A DNA stretch of 64,000 nt from Balanoglossus misakiensis. Lineage: Eukaryota; Animalia; Hemichordata. Of the stretch, positions 51,206 through 64,000 are shown piece after piece. Each line of letters starts with the position of its first letter. The stretch's first letter is position 1. Location of the stretch: positions 16,933,903 to 16,997,902 of the forward strand of contig CM082577.2 in the NCBI GenBank assembly GCA_040954595.2, read 5' to 3'. The notes beneath the pieces are model-generated. The model did not search any database and was not told where the DNA came from. It was given only the letters and a program-made list of their open reading frames with translations. The position numbers were made by a program, and so were the translations under genes.

Positions 51206-51595
51206 AATCCAAGATGGACGCTAAGATGGCCACCAACCATGAAACAAGGCATAATTTTGGTAATAATTGAACTACATGTCTGATTTTTTCTGACTATATT
51301 TGTGTTTTGGGGCAAGTGAATCTATATTTAGCATTGGTTGATGTCTAGAGTAAGGGTTTAGCCATTTAATAGTTGGGGTGTCTAGATTAAGGGTTTAAAT
51401 CCAAGATGGCCACCAAGATGGCCACCAACGATGAAACAAGCCATAATTTTGGTAATAATTGAACTAAGTGTGTGCTTTTTCAGACTATGTATGTGTTTTG
51501 AGGACCAGTGAATCCATATTTAGCATTGGTTGATGTCCAGAGTAAGGGTTTAACCATTTGATAGTTGGGGGTGTCTAGAGTAAGGGTTTAACCAG
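51206..51595. repeat. Two tandem ~190-bp units containing AAGATGG(C) YY1-like motifs
   Basis: AATCCAAGATGG...CTAGA(G/T)TAAGGGTTTA repeated at ~51206 and ~51398. Confidence 0.85.
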
Positions 51596-52436
51596 TTGAT
51601 ATATATTTTTTTTGGGGGGGGGGTGCCTATCAATTTTTTTTTTCTGACCCCCCCCCCCCTTCAATATATCAAATGGTCTAGCTCTAACTTGAAATAACTG
51701 TAAATGGGACAACCTTATTTAAGGGTGGTAGCAAAGTTTATCCAGAGAGACAGTCGACAGACATCACCTATTTCCAATGCATTAATCACAAACAAGTGCA
51801 TTAAATTAGAATTGTTAAGATAACTCTTACTTATCATGAGATAAACACATGACAGTAATTGGTACAGTACGGATAGTCCAGTATCCTGACTTAGAAGGCT
51901 CAAGCTTCAGAATGTAAAATTCTCCAGATTTTAAAGTGAAGGGGTGGTCGTGCCACGTTTGTTTGTTTATAAACATCCTACTCCATCCAAAAATCCCTGA
52001 AATTAGATAATTCTTAGAATGAACGAAGCATCAAATCATAGCATAGACTGGGCATGACAGCAACTGAAGATCAGCAGTGGGTTTTGTGCTGGTATGAGAA
52101 AACATATGCTCATCAAGGGGGACAGCCATGCGGCGCGACGACCCATTCCTTTTAAAAAGTTCTCAGTAAACGTACTGTTTAGCAGTATCATAATGCTCAA
52201 TTAAAGTGACGTATAAAGTCTTATTCATATAAGCGTCTTCAGCACAATTTGACGCATCACCATCATCACTAAATTCTGAAACATCTTTGGTCCATCTATT
52301 CTGACAACTGTTCATTCTGTGTTAGTTTCAAAATATTGTGCAAGCCAGGAGAACTGTGTAACATCAACATCTTGCAGTCACACATGGTTCTTCTGATGCA
52401 CATCCACACCAAATAATCAGTAACACTTCGGCAACT

Positions 52437-53531
52437 GTGCCCACAGCTAAAAAAGTTCTCCACTTGATGAGAAGGACATGGTTCCAGTTGACTGTCCATT
52501 CAACATCCATGCTGTTATTAGACAAGGGGAAGTCATCAGAGCTCATGGAGCCCGTAGAGATATTAAGATATCTACAGAAAGAGATATGCGGGGGAAGAGA
52601 GCTTGATCTTCCATCTTGTGAAGAAGCTATTGAGGGCATGACCGACTATATCAGTGTAAACAGAGAAGACATTCTGCAATCAACTTTTAGTGAAATTGAG
52701 TTTATTGACAACTTTAAATTAACCTTTCAAGTAGAATTCATGAATGAAGAGTCTGTTGATCTGGGTGGCCCCAGGAAAGAATGGATAAGGTTGGTAAATC
52801 ATGTCATAAAGGAAAAGTACTTTGACAAAGGACTGCGAGTATTCCTTAACCAGGATTACTACTATGTAGGAATAATGGTAGCTGTAGCAATGCAACAAAA
52901 TGGGCAGCTACCAACATACCTAAAGGAAGATGTGTTGCAAGAAATTATATCCACCGACATGCCCAAGAATCAGTGTATTCATGAAATTTAGAGAGGTCTC
53001 GAGAAACTGGGAATGCTGTCAGCCCTTCGAAAGTTTCCTATGCTACTACATCTCTTAAGACCAGATGCTCAGCACACAGTCACTGTTCCGAGCCTGCTGC
53101 AACTTTTGAAGCCAAGGTTTCCAGAGGAAGGAAGCACTGCAGCCATCTGCGAGAAAGCAGTGTACCAGTTATTTGTGCGATATGTGAGAGAGGTGGCAAG
53201 TGGAAGGAGGTCTTGTGGAGAAAAGAAACTGGAACTGGAGAACATTTTAGAATTTGTGACAGGAGCTTCTGAAGAGCCAGTGTTGGGTTTTATAATACCA
53301 CCTTATCTTGAATTCGTCCTTCCAATTGAAGTTACTGTCAAAGAAGCAAGTTCTACTGATGAGGGCAGTTCAGCTATGGTTGTGGGTGGTTTCACACCCG
53401 CCGCTCACACTTGTGGCAATGTGCTGCAGTTACCAAGGGCAACAAATAAGTTACCTCTTTCTTCTGTAGAAAGGTTATTCTCAATATATGCCATTGCTTT
53501 CTCACAGCCCTTTTTGGTGTACGCTAGCTAA
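52437..53531 (+). pseudogene. G2E3-like HECT E3 ligase domain with one in-frame stop
   Basis: VEFMNEESVDLGGPRKEWIRL, LENILEFVTGASEEPVLGF and catalytic-Cys motif PAAHTCGNVLQLP; the two ORFs are in the same frame, separated only by TAG at 52989-52991. Confidence 0.85.
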
Positions 53532-53692
53532 CTTTGCTGAACCCTTTCGCTACAATGGTTTGGTCCCATTTTCTATTGTAAAACTGGACATCTGCAAGAG
53601 GGAAATGGGGCTAAGGGACAGGACACTTCAGGGTGCCCACCGTCGACGGAGACGATGATGCTGGTGACAATTCTAGAATAACTCCTAAATTG

Positions 53693-53962
53693 ATGAAAGC
53701 CAATTTCATTTTATTGCTACTGCTTTTGCTCGTCGTCGCATTGATAGGAGTGGGACACTGTACACGTGTTCTTAACAAGGGTAAACACGGACGATTTGTA
53801 AAGACATGTGCAAACCCACCCCATGCCCAATGTACAAGAACATCACGAGACGCTGATCAGAAGACTGTGACATTCGTATGTTATGTGCCAAAGTCTATCG
53901 TCGATGGTTTTAAGGGGCTGGGCTGCGTAACACTAACATTTGTCGTGATGGTGTCAATATAG
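53693..53962 (+). CDS. Small putatively secreted Cys-containing orphan protein (89 aa; C-terminus possibly frameshifted)
   Basis: MKANFILLLLLLLVVALIGVGHC has n/h/c-region signal-peptide organisation; four further Cys. Confidence 0.4.
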   Translation: MKANFILLLLLLLVVALIGVGHCTRVLNKGKHGRFVKTCANPPHAQCTRTSRDADQKTVTFVCYVPKSIVDGFKGLGCVTLTFVVMVSI

Positions 53963-54439
53963 CTCCTCGAAAGCGGGAATTTACGCAACACAATACCATT
54001 GCCATTGATGACCACGGCACGGAATCGAAGGTAATGTTGAAGTAAACTGTTGTCTCACCCCAACCCAGTGCACTGTCCAGTCCAGTAATTAAAAAACGAG
54101 GGAAACTGCGCGCTTTCAACTGTGACCGATTTCAGGGAATTAATTACCTGGTGCGAAAATCGTAAACGAGGAATATTTGACATATATTGGCACATGGTAT
54201 ATAGCCAAAACAAATTTTCAGGCATTTGACCAATTCAGCACTCGTCACCAAAAACAAAACTGTAAGATTTGGTGAGTCTATAATTGGTAATTATGCTTGC
54301 TGATTGGTAACTTACCAATGTTGTGCAATATGACAGGTACAATTACCAGATGGATCATGTGTCTGTTGTAGATATAATTCACGGAAATATCACAACAGGT
54401 AAACTGTCTCAACTTTAGGGAACAATGACTTATTTGTTT

Positions 54440-55983
54440 ACTTTTGTTTTTCTTGCATGCCACTATACAGACAAGTCGAACAACAGCAAAAAAGATGAAA
54501 GTCAGAAGTCCATATAAGGTGGATATCAGTCCAACTACCAGCTCTCCTCCCACAAAAGTCCATGTACATTCATCACGAAGACAACTCAGGTTTAGTGATA
54601 AAAGTTCATTAAAACTGGTAACAGGTGATATGCTTGAAACAGAACATCGTCAGGACTGTGTTGAATATGAACTACAGCTTAGAATCTTAAGGAACAAATA
54701 GAACACATGGTAAATGACATTGATGATCTTCCAGTACATGATGAGATTGATGAGCTTAGGAAAGAAGAAGCTAAGTTACGTAGTGAAAATAACCGGCTTC
54801 AATATGAACAACAAACACTCTATCAAACTGAGGAAAAAACGCATTGCTGCAGTGAAAACAATTGCTGGTATTGAAAATGGGAACATTTATGATGAAACTG
54901 TACATTCAATAAGTAACAGAGATCAGAGCAAAGTGGAGAACTTATGTACTTTAACAGTCCACGGCGAATTGGAAAAAGAAACAAAGTTGTAAGAGCTTTT
55001 GTTGAATCGTTGACAGCCAAGGCAACAGAAGGGGGTCTGGGGATATACACATCAAATGACAGATTGAAAGGCAAAACGGATGTCTCCGTATCAAATCAAT
55101 AGACAATCTGTATGCTGCACGAAATTTAAATTATGTATCCAATTTGACCATTGCTGTACAGGCTGTCAATCATTCAATAACAAAAAGTGACTTGTCAACA
55201 AATATAATTGGTCACTGCACAGCTGGGGCTGGCTCTGATACATTAGTAAACTGGTTGAAAATAATGAAAACTTCTTGTCCACCTGCACCAGAAGGTTCGA
55301 TCGAGTATGCGTTTGATAACAAACAAAGATTGATGAAAAATTGGTTATCACAAAATCGTAATGAACAGACACTTGATATCCTCACAAACATCATTGTTTG
55401 TCACTTAGACCCTACTTCCACACTTCAAGAATATGTAAGTCTTAAACCTTCAAATTGCAAAATAACGCCAGAAGAAAGAATAAATCAAATGAAAGCGATA
55501 GACAAGGAAAGGGCAGGTATTTTACTCAGGGAAATGGAATCTTCAGTTCAGTCTCATTTAGCAGTAGTCTTAACTGAAAAGTGTAATGATAATGATGCAG
55601 TGGCTATGAAAGTGACAAAGCAGCTTGACAATGAGCAGACAAAGAAGTGTAGTCCCTGTGATATTTGGATTTCTAAAGAAATGAAAGCCATGGAAAAAAA
55701 TGATGATCCCATAAATAAAAGAACATCCAAAGAAAGTAGAAAGCTCTAACCTGCCACCTAGTTAAAATTTCATACATACACTGGGCATGTAAATACAAAC
55801 AAGACAAAACAGCACAGAGATGATGAGTGTAATGTAACAAAGGCCAAATTTCAGTTGGTGGCTCCGGTGTTTGTAAATTCCGCTAGTACAGAGGCTATTG
55901 AGGTAGTTTTAAAAGGGAAACGGGAATGGGTTTTGATACGATGTGATGGTCTGCCATGGGGTTTGATACGGAAATGCATTTAA
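54440..55983 (+). pseudogene. Academ-type DDE transposase relic
   Basis: Frameshifted IDNLYAARNLNYV, IEYAFDNKQR, APVFVNSASTEAIEVVL, REWVLIRCDGLPW; the FDN / PVFVN / CDGLP pattern is recalled from Academ-related transposases; cut at ~55984. Confidence 0.55.
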
Positions 55984-56785
55984 ACTCTATATTCTGTCCA
56001 CGGGTCAACGGAATGTGTTAGACATGGAAAAAAGTTGCAGTTCATTTGTTAGATAATCGAAAACATTTTTCTGGTGTCCGAGGGTGAGATTCTGTTATGC
56101 ATCTACGAGAGGGTTTGTATTTCTGCAGAAACACATCTGCGCTGACAAGCCAGGCCACCGCAAACGCAACCTTGATTATTGTTCCCGGACTAATATTTGT
56201 ATTATCCTGTCACATTAACGGTTTTGGGATATGTGGCACTGGAACTGTGTTTATTTGTTCATGAAGTTTTACATGAAGCGCGTCAATTTTTCTGTCAAAC
56301 TGCAACTTGCAGCAGCATAACTTTGCATGCGAACTCCACATACACAGAGCGAGACGTTGATTGACAAGCAAAATGCATCAAAATTCTGGTCCATGTGACT
56401 GACTCCGTGAAAGTGATTGGTAGACAAGACGCTAAGTGTATAAAACTTGAAAGTCGATTTCACTTAAAGAATGAAAGTGATTCCATCATTTGCATATCTC
56501 GTGGGAGTCACAGATCGTTGCGCAGGGGAAAGAACGTAATCCCGCTAAAAAAGCTGCAAGGCCGCTCGTATATTTAGCAAAATATTGGAATATTTTATCC
56601 TACCCCTTCTAAAGAAAAATAAGAAGACTCATAATCCCATGATATTTTTCTTTGTTTAACGTCATTGTATATTCATGGTTTTCGCGGAGTCGTACAACTT
56701 CAACTACGGCTCGAAGTTGCACGGCTCCGCGAAAACCACTCGTATACGATGACGTCAAACAAAGAAAAACATCATGGGATTATAT
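55984..56785 (-). mobile_element. Truncated, diverged copy of the 49341-50559 element
   Basis: Colinear with ~49720-50559; hairpin 56631-56785 retained; module/hairpin junction deleted. Confidence 0.9.
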
Positions 56786-56901
56786 ATAAAATGTTGTTAA
56801 ATACATGCATGTATGGCCCAATTTGTGGATAAATCAAGGTTAGTTTCACAAACTGTAACGTACAAACATTAAATGATTTAGTTATATTGAATTTTTTCTG
56901 A

Positions 56902-59400
56902 CCTGGGACACTTTCCAAATCATTGCAATTCAAATGAAACCATTTCCATTCAAACAGGCCTGTTCCCTGGAACATGCCACCCAAACAGCATCTTCTTTAT
57001 TCTCCTTACAGCAGTAAATAGAATAGGGCTTGCAATCTTGACAACACTACCAATCATCCTCTGGAATATCTTCAGGAGCGATCCCAACACACTCGAAGTG
57101 GTACCATCTGCCTTTGCTACATTGTTGCCTGGCAGAACATTCAATCCACCCAGACTCTGATAAGTCTAATAATAGAAAGGCACATTCATAATATATTATA
57201 TTTCAGTGACTGGCAAAAAAATAATTAAGCCTCATCTAATGGGTGTAGGAATTTTTATCTGTGACAGCTGATATCATCTTAAAAAAGCAATGTGAAAAAT
57301 CACAGAAATGTTCATACAGGATTACACAGGAAATTGGACACATACACTTTATTTTTATTAACTGATGCATCTGGTATTGAGGCCAATACATTGGACTGAA
57401 AAAAGATTATAGCATTGACGTGATAGTACATGTAGATGACTTAATGCAGAAAAAATGACATATTTGCGCTACTACCACATACACGGAACTGTCCGTCTTC
57501 TTCATCATCATCCTCAAATCTTCCTCAACAGATATGACTTCCTGTATTGACCCCTAGTCTATATCTGGCCATACCATAGTAACAATATTACCAGATAGCG
57601 ATTTCAGATAACCTTCTCTGCCTTCAAGTGTTGGGGCATTGTTGGGAGTACCATCAATGTCTTCTAACTGTAATACGGTCATTGCAGCCAAAACTACCAA
57701 TGATTCAGTGGTAAAATTCAACAGGTTGTCTGCATGGTTAATACAGTCACCTTTTTCAACATTCCTGTGTTTGAAGATAGTCTTGAGATGAAACAATGTG
57801 CCCTCATTGTCAGCGCTGTTTCCAACGACGAGAAGATTATTGTATCCTGTGTATGGAATGAATGTAATGTAATCACCATGTTGATATATAAAATTTCCAT
57901 CTGGCATGGTGCCATTGTTTTGCATAACAAAACTTATTTCTAATTAAAGGACAAAGTTTATATTAATGTACATGCTAATGTACACGTGGATATATAGTGG
58001 ATATATAGTGAATCAACGTTCCACCACACACACCTTCCATCCTGCTTGTAACACGAGAGTGAAAAAAAATCGCCAAAATGAATAATCTGTCTCTACCATT
58101 TATTCATTTTGGGCGAGTTTTTACTCTCATATCATACATATGAGATGTGAGTGACTATGAAAATGGCAGAATATATTTTAATAAAAAATAAAAGGTGGTA
58201 CAAAATAGTTATAGGGTCAAGATGGTTACTCACAAGAAGTAGGATCTACTTTGAATGCAATTTGGGTAACATAACATACTTATGCAAAAAGTAGTATTTA
58301 CCTGAAAAATTAAGTATCTCTCATGGAAGCTAGGTTCAAGACCATTGAGTCTGTCTGACGGTTCTTCACTTACGGCCATGGCTTGCCTAGCATCAGCCAT
58401 TCTCTCTGGTCACCATGGCACAGGATGGTGTATAGCTCCCCCTGTTGTCTTTCTGGCACATACTTTTTAAGTGCTTCATAATGGCAACCGCATCCTTACT
58501 GCTTGCCGGATTTTCCTTAACGACTCCAAGATTTACCTTTGAAAGATTGAAATTATGTAAACCATAAATTACTCGGCATCCAAGCATTTTATCGTTTTAG
58601 ATTGTTTATTTGAATTTCAAGGTCTCCGACCCATTTGCAGTGGAGTTACACGTCAAAAATTACAAATACATTAACATTACAGTATCCAATAACTAGTCAG
58701 TAATTACCAAACAGCATTGTCATCATTTAAATTACAAATAATTTCTTTTCACATTTGAATAGCTTTGAAAAGAAAAATACACAGGTTCCGTTGAACACGT
58801 ACATTTGAGGAACGTAGTAAATGTTGAAACTTGCATAGATTGGGGTGAGTGAAGATATCTTTCTGTAAATAAAGTGGTCTGATAATGTGGTAGGGTGGAC
58901 ATTCTAACAGAAAATGAAATTCGTCGTCAACTTTGTTAGTTGATGAAAAATGAAAAATAAATTCCAGTAGACACACAAAGAAAATTATATAAAATGAAGA
59001 TCACCTAAAAGTTACATGTAATGAAGCTTTAACTTACAATGACACTTTTCTCTGGTGACTCTTCAATGTAGGGATGGTGCATGGAATCAGGCATCTCATC
59101 ACTGAATCGTGAGAAAAGTTCATATGTTTATGCAAGATGTTTGTCACCATAAGCTCCATTCTGTGTCTCGGTGAATTCCAATCACTTGATGAAGGTAGAA
59201 AACACTTTCATTCAATGCCTTCTGCCTTTCTAGTATGCTCAACATCTAAATAGTCGAGGTGTCGGAAATCCACCCTGTTCAATGCAGCATAGGCCAATGC
59301 CCACATCAAAAATTTATTCTGATGATGACTTGACTGGTATCTGGCTATGCTCAGAGTCTGAATGTTATCCGAGCAGAGAGACTATCCAGGGTCTGAAAAG
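56902..59400 (-). pseudogene. Intron-containing AcademHP-type transposase relic with PHD fingers
   Basis: Exonic pieces SLCSDNIQ...WALAYAALNRV...CFLPS, VNLGVVKENP...LCHGDQ...PSDRLNGLEP, GTLFHLKTIFKHRNV...FTTESLVVLAAM, then WIECSARQQCSKGRWYHFECVGI...DDW*CCQDC and WVACS...WFHLNC (two PHD-like fingers); stops and frameshifts present. Confidence 0.8.
58749..58940 (-). mobile_element. LINE ORF2 3' fragment inside an intron of the Academ relic
   Basis: VDDEFHFLLECPPYHIIRPLYL...NLCIFLFKA. Confidence 0.75.
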
Positions 59401-59694
59401 AAAAAACATATTTTATAATTAATTTTTGACAAAGACACCATATAATTTGTTACAAATGTCTATGAAAACAAATATATTTGTGATCGTTTGACTAAACTGC
59501 AGAGGCAGAAAGCCATTTCTTTGCCCAGCATAATGTACCAAAGTTCCATTGACATTGATAAAATCAACTTGAAACTTTACAGTAATCAATTAAACAAGAA
59601 TCCATATAATGTTATGAAGAACAATTTAAAAAAAGTAAATGGTGCAAAAGCACTTTCCATAACAGATTATAAATGACATTTGTCAGTTTCCTGT

Positions 59695-59912
<218 letters not shown>

Positions 59913-60338
59913 TTACAATGTAAACTCACACTGGTATGTTACATATGTTTGCTAAATAGTTCAAGTTGAATATGTAACTTTAGTTTTTGTTATTTTGATT
60001 TATTCATTGTGGAGAAAATGGAAATTAAATTTGTATCTATATACAGACTTACATATATGTCTTGTCTGGGAACCTCCTCCGAGGCCGGTCTTCTCACGCG
60101 CGCGCTGGGCTAAAGCTTGGTGTTTTTCTGTGTTTTTTTGTGTGACTATTACACGTCTGTCAGCTTTGATTTTGCATCGCTATGCTCCCAGTGGTCGTGT
60201 TTTTATGTGTACCTTTGAAAAAGAATACGTATTCAGGAAAATATGTGTATTCTGCAACTCGTCAAAATACGCACATCACTTGAATACGAAGCATTATCGA
60301 CCAAACTTCATGTAATAACCCCTAATTATACAGTATTT

Positions 60339-60860
60339 TTAAAATGATTTTAATAACTTACAGACTATGAGGATAGAGGATAGGCTAATTTTGTGCAGAT
60401 TCTTTGTTACAATGGCACTGCATGGCAAAGTTTTCATCTGCCGAAGTACACCAATATTATTGTTAACAGCTTTGTCTCTCTTACTTTTTGTATGGCAGAA
60501 TGAATATCTGCATGTCTGTGGTAAAACATCAGTACATCTGTCGTTTCCAAACAGCCTTTCCATCCACTTTAGGGCTTCCTTTCGACTTGTTCTATTGTTG
60601 TCTCTCAATATGTCTATTTCAGCTATAACCATATCTATTACAGTCTCTTGTGTATCATATGTACCTTCTCCATCAAGCACTTCCTTTGCGATGCCTAATT
60701 TTTCTTACTCTTCACCAACGAATGAAGCTGATCTTCTAGGTTTTTTAGATACTTTCTATTCCATTATTCAACTTCTGCTTTACCTCTTCATCATTCTTCA
60801 TTACACTTCATCAATTCCCTTTTTATCTTTCTCGTCAAATCAGAAATTTTGGTGAGGTTG
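60339..60860 (-). mobile_element. Probable degraded non-LTR retrotransposon ORF2 linker fragment
   Basis: Lys/Glu-rich frameshifted pieces and EIDILRDNNRTSRKEALKWMERLFG, resembling the region between endonuclease and RT. Confidence 0.35.
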
Positions 60861-62399
60861 ATTTTTCCATCAAGAACCATAATAGCAGTGGGAAGATGCT
60901 CACTAACACTCTTCCTGATAAATTATGTACTCTAAAGTAGGTAACACCTCATATGTTATTTTTCAACACCATCGAAAGAAAGTGAAAGTGATGGGATCAA
61001 AAGAAATGAAAAATCAGGATAGAGAGAGAGAGAGTTTTTCAAATAACCTTTAATGTACAAATCTATACTATATCAAATTACATATAAATTTTCCACAAAA
61101 TCAGCCCAAATCAAACAAATTAACAATCAACACACTATACATCACATCATCAATATCAGTGCCAGCTGAGCGACGGAGACACTAAAATATGTACATATAT
61201 CCTATTCTACAAATTGTTCATAGTTTAAAAAGCAGTTCGTTGTCCGTGGTAATCTCACATATTGCATTGTTAATACACCATATTTTCTGAACAGTTTGTG
61301 ATTTGCAGTCAGGTTGTAGTAGTTGTAGTCAACGGTGATTCTGCCACGGACCCGTCGCTTAAATCTTTTCAGTGGTTGTGGCATTTCATCCAGTCGACAG
61401 TGTATTACTGCAATCTTTGCTGTGGTCATCAAATAGTTGCATATAGTTCATCACAGACATGGGTATCAACCCTTAGCCGTATTCTGAGGAGAATATACAT
61501 ATGTTTTAGGATGGTATCATTTTTTTTTATACAAGTTTAAATGTCACAGGTGTATTTTAATCCCTGCAGTTTATGTCATAGAATTTTAGACACAGGTGTA
61601 TCTTTTATCTGTACACTCATAGTTTATGTATTGATGAGCTTTTGCTTGCTGCTTCACACTTAAGCTTGTAGTTTATGTACTTATTAGATCCTTAGTATGC
61701 TTTGTTTTAGTCCCTTGCTTTGTAAGGCTAATGTGAGCTTTAGTGCAGGCCTCACTGCAAGTATTTAAAGAGGACAGGAGTGGGCCTGATTGTCAGCCAC
61801 AACGTACTGTATGTAGCTAGCAGACAAGGCATTTTCACAACCCACCCACTCCTGATATTTATTGTAACATTATTTTCATGTTCTGTATGTTTAGCTTTTT
61901 TTATTTTGTTGTGAGACCTTTTGTAGTTTAGTACATATAGGTCTCTCACCTTGGGAGAAAAGTTCTGTCCTAAGTCAATTATGGACTTTCAATATTTGCA
62001 ATAAAGAACTACCAAGGAAACTCATGTGACAATCGTCTTTCTCTTTTTGTACGCCAATTAAATTTTCGCTGTCGATGTATTTTCATTTTCAATTTCTAAA
62101 TATGTTACAGGTCTTGTTGTAAAATAGTTGAAAAAAAACACCTGCAAAAATGTTGTGATTTTGTCCGGATTGTGTTCTGATAACACCAATTACTGTATAT
62201 ACTCTACTTATATTCTATTTTTCATAAAATCAAACATACAATAAATATCAATACTGAAAATGTTATGGTATGAAAATATTTCAACAAGTGTGAATTCATC
62301 CTTCACAAGAACAGAACTTTATGAAACATTAACACATTTTTTTTGTCAATCTTTTCAATTGTAATGAAATATTTCGACCATTTGTTGTTCTCAAATATG

Positions 62400-62650
62400 T
62401 TCATTGTTCATTAAACTTGTTTAATAATTGAAGGAACATTTTGTCCTTTGCTACATCCAATTTTAATTTTTATCTTCTTTCCTCCCTTTCCAATTCAAAC
62501 CTCTCTCGCGCCAGACGAAGTTCTTCTTCTTTCAACTTTAATTCCTGTTCTCGAATTTTGGCCTCATTTCTCCCCTTCTCTTCGAGGACAGAAAGATAAT
62601 CCTCAATCACACTAGATTTCTTTCTTCTCTTGGCTGGGTCTGCAAGTATT
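62400..62650 (-). pseudogene. Charged coiled-coil C-terminus of a Harbinger-type accessory (Myb/SANT) protein
   Basis: KRRKKSSVIEDYL...REQELKLKEEELRLARERFELEREERR*...MFLQLLNK; family assignment by pattern recall only. Confidence 0.45.
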
Positions 62651-62992
62651 TTGCACAATTAAATGATCATATTGGAAGTAGTATACAACTTTGTTAATTA
62701 GAAAAATTACCCATTCAAGAGAAACAACAGTAATCACGATAATTGTTAGAAACCAATATAAACTCATAATAAATATCCACAATATTTTAGAAATTACCAC
62801 ACCCTCCCTCTCCCTTGCTATCTATAACTCCCAATCTCTGTCTTCTTCCCTCGCATGAACTATTTAGCGAACTGCTAAATAGTCCCCCAAAACTAGAGGA
62901 TCAATGCCAAAGTACAAACTAGTAATACTGCCATACCATATGTATGAAAGCCCGTTAGGGACATTTCGTAAAGCAAAAAAAAATTTTTTGTC

Positions 62993-63179
62993 TCGTGAGC
63001 ACGAGATACTAAGTCGTGAGCACGAGATACTAAGTCGTGAGCACGAGATACTAAGTCGTGAGCACGACATACTAAGTCGTGAGCACGACATACTAAGTCG
63101 TGCGCACGAGATAATTATCTCGTGCTCACGAGATACTACTGTAAGTCGTGCGCACGAGATAATTATCTCGTGCTCACGA
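62993..63179. repeat. 21-bp tandem array of palindromic unit TCGTGAGCACGAGATACTAAG (six copies) followed by head-to-head inverted units; MITE-internal repeat
   Basis: Units start at 62993, 63014, 63035, 63056, 63077 and 63098; CGAGATAATTATCTCG palindromic junctions follow. Confidence 0.92.
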
Positions 63180-64000
63180 AATAGTTTTGCATGTTATTGC
63201 AATGAACCTAAGGTTACGTGGCCAGACAGTTTTATTATTATGTATGTCACATTCAATGTCACCAGAAAGTCACTGCTAAATATCAGACTAAGGGCTTTCC
63301 AGATCTGAGTCTCAAGCATTTCATCACAATGTTTTGAAGGGTGGGTAATAGTTCTAAATTTTGCTTTGCTTTGAGTTATACACTTATTAAACACTGAAAC
63401 GGGTATTGGCTACCTCGCCAAATTTAGAGTTGCAGCGAATCTTTTCGGAGCAAGAAATAGCAGCTTATCACTCGCTTAAACATAAAAGATCAAAACATAT
63501 GTATTCATGTCAGCGTTCCGGGCAATGTGTTTCACTCCACCGTTAATGTTTAAGAATAGCAAAATATACTAGAATTCCAGTGCTATATAATAACTGCTTA
63601 CGATCATAAGACCCCCAAACGTTTTTTGCTTGATTTGTAATGTGTAATACATTCCTGTATCAACTCACAGGAATACACCTTATTTTAATTCTGACAAAAT
63701 AATTTGAAATGTAGGATTGTCACTCCTTTGGATTTTTTGTGAAGAATGTGCTGGTTACGACGTCGCTAACGACATATTTTATTGATAGATATATGATGAA
63801 GTAGCTGGGCGCTTTCTTGGACAATTACAGGACCATGTTGAAGATATTTCATCCATCTGTATTTATGTATAGCCGACCGGTTGATAGCTTAGGTATGATA
63901 TGTCGTCGGTGGCATCTGACTGGTGTTTTCGTCTGTGCAATCCATTCTTGTACAATATTCTCTTTAAATTTCACAAGCTCAGAATAAATTCGTGATATTT

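Noticed and set aside
62993-63179. CRISPR-like array of palindromic repeats
   Set aside because: The intervening sequences are identical and only ~9 nt; no unique spacers, no cas genes, eukaryotic context.

Overview
AT-rich, intron-containing animal genomic DNA with no prokaryotic features. The repeat types and motif bias suggest a marine invertebrate, possibly a hemichordate or other deuterostome (inference only). All gene models are manual splice-site readings. The first ~29 kb holds three minus-strand host genes: an Arg-rich/Asp-rich low-complexity protein (1189-2201), a 260-aa Cys-rich two-TM protein ending in an acidic dileucine-like signal with a long uORF-tiled leader (9421-13953, leader to ~21 kb), and a 400-aa CHST1-like Golgi sulfotransferase with a degenerate 5'-PSB loop (25211-27130). 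The rest is mostly transposon debris: Gypsy LTR pieces, LINE fragments, hAT/ZNF862-like and Academ/AcademHP transposase relics, a G2E3-like HECT pseudogene, a DEDDh exonuclease relic, Kolobok- and AcademH-type MITEs with readable TSDs, and a 5-exon orphan gene (41655-44045). The most striking pattern is a family of bipartite non-coding elements (10231-11049, 49341-50559, 55984-56785, probably 97-254). In the two intact copies a TTATCACAT...ATGTGATAA module sits 2 nt from a ~160-nt hairpin whose mismatches recur as tandem G.A pairs on one defined strand. One copy appears to have inserted with no target-site duplication, which suggests tyrosine-recombinase (Crypton-like) mobility through a strand-specific folded intermediate.
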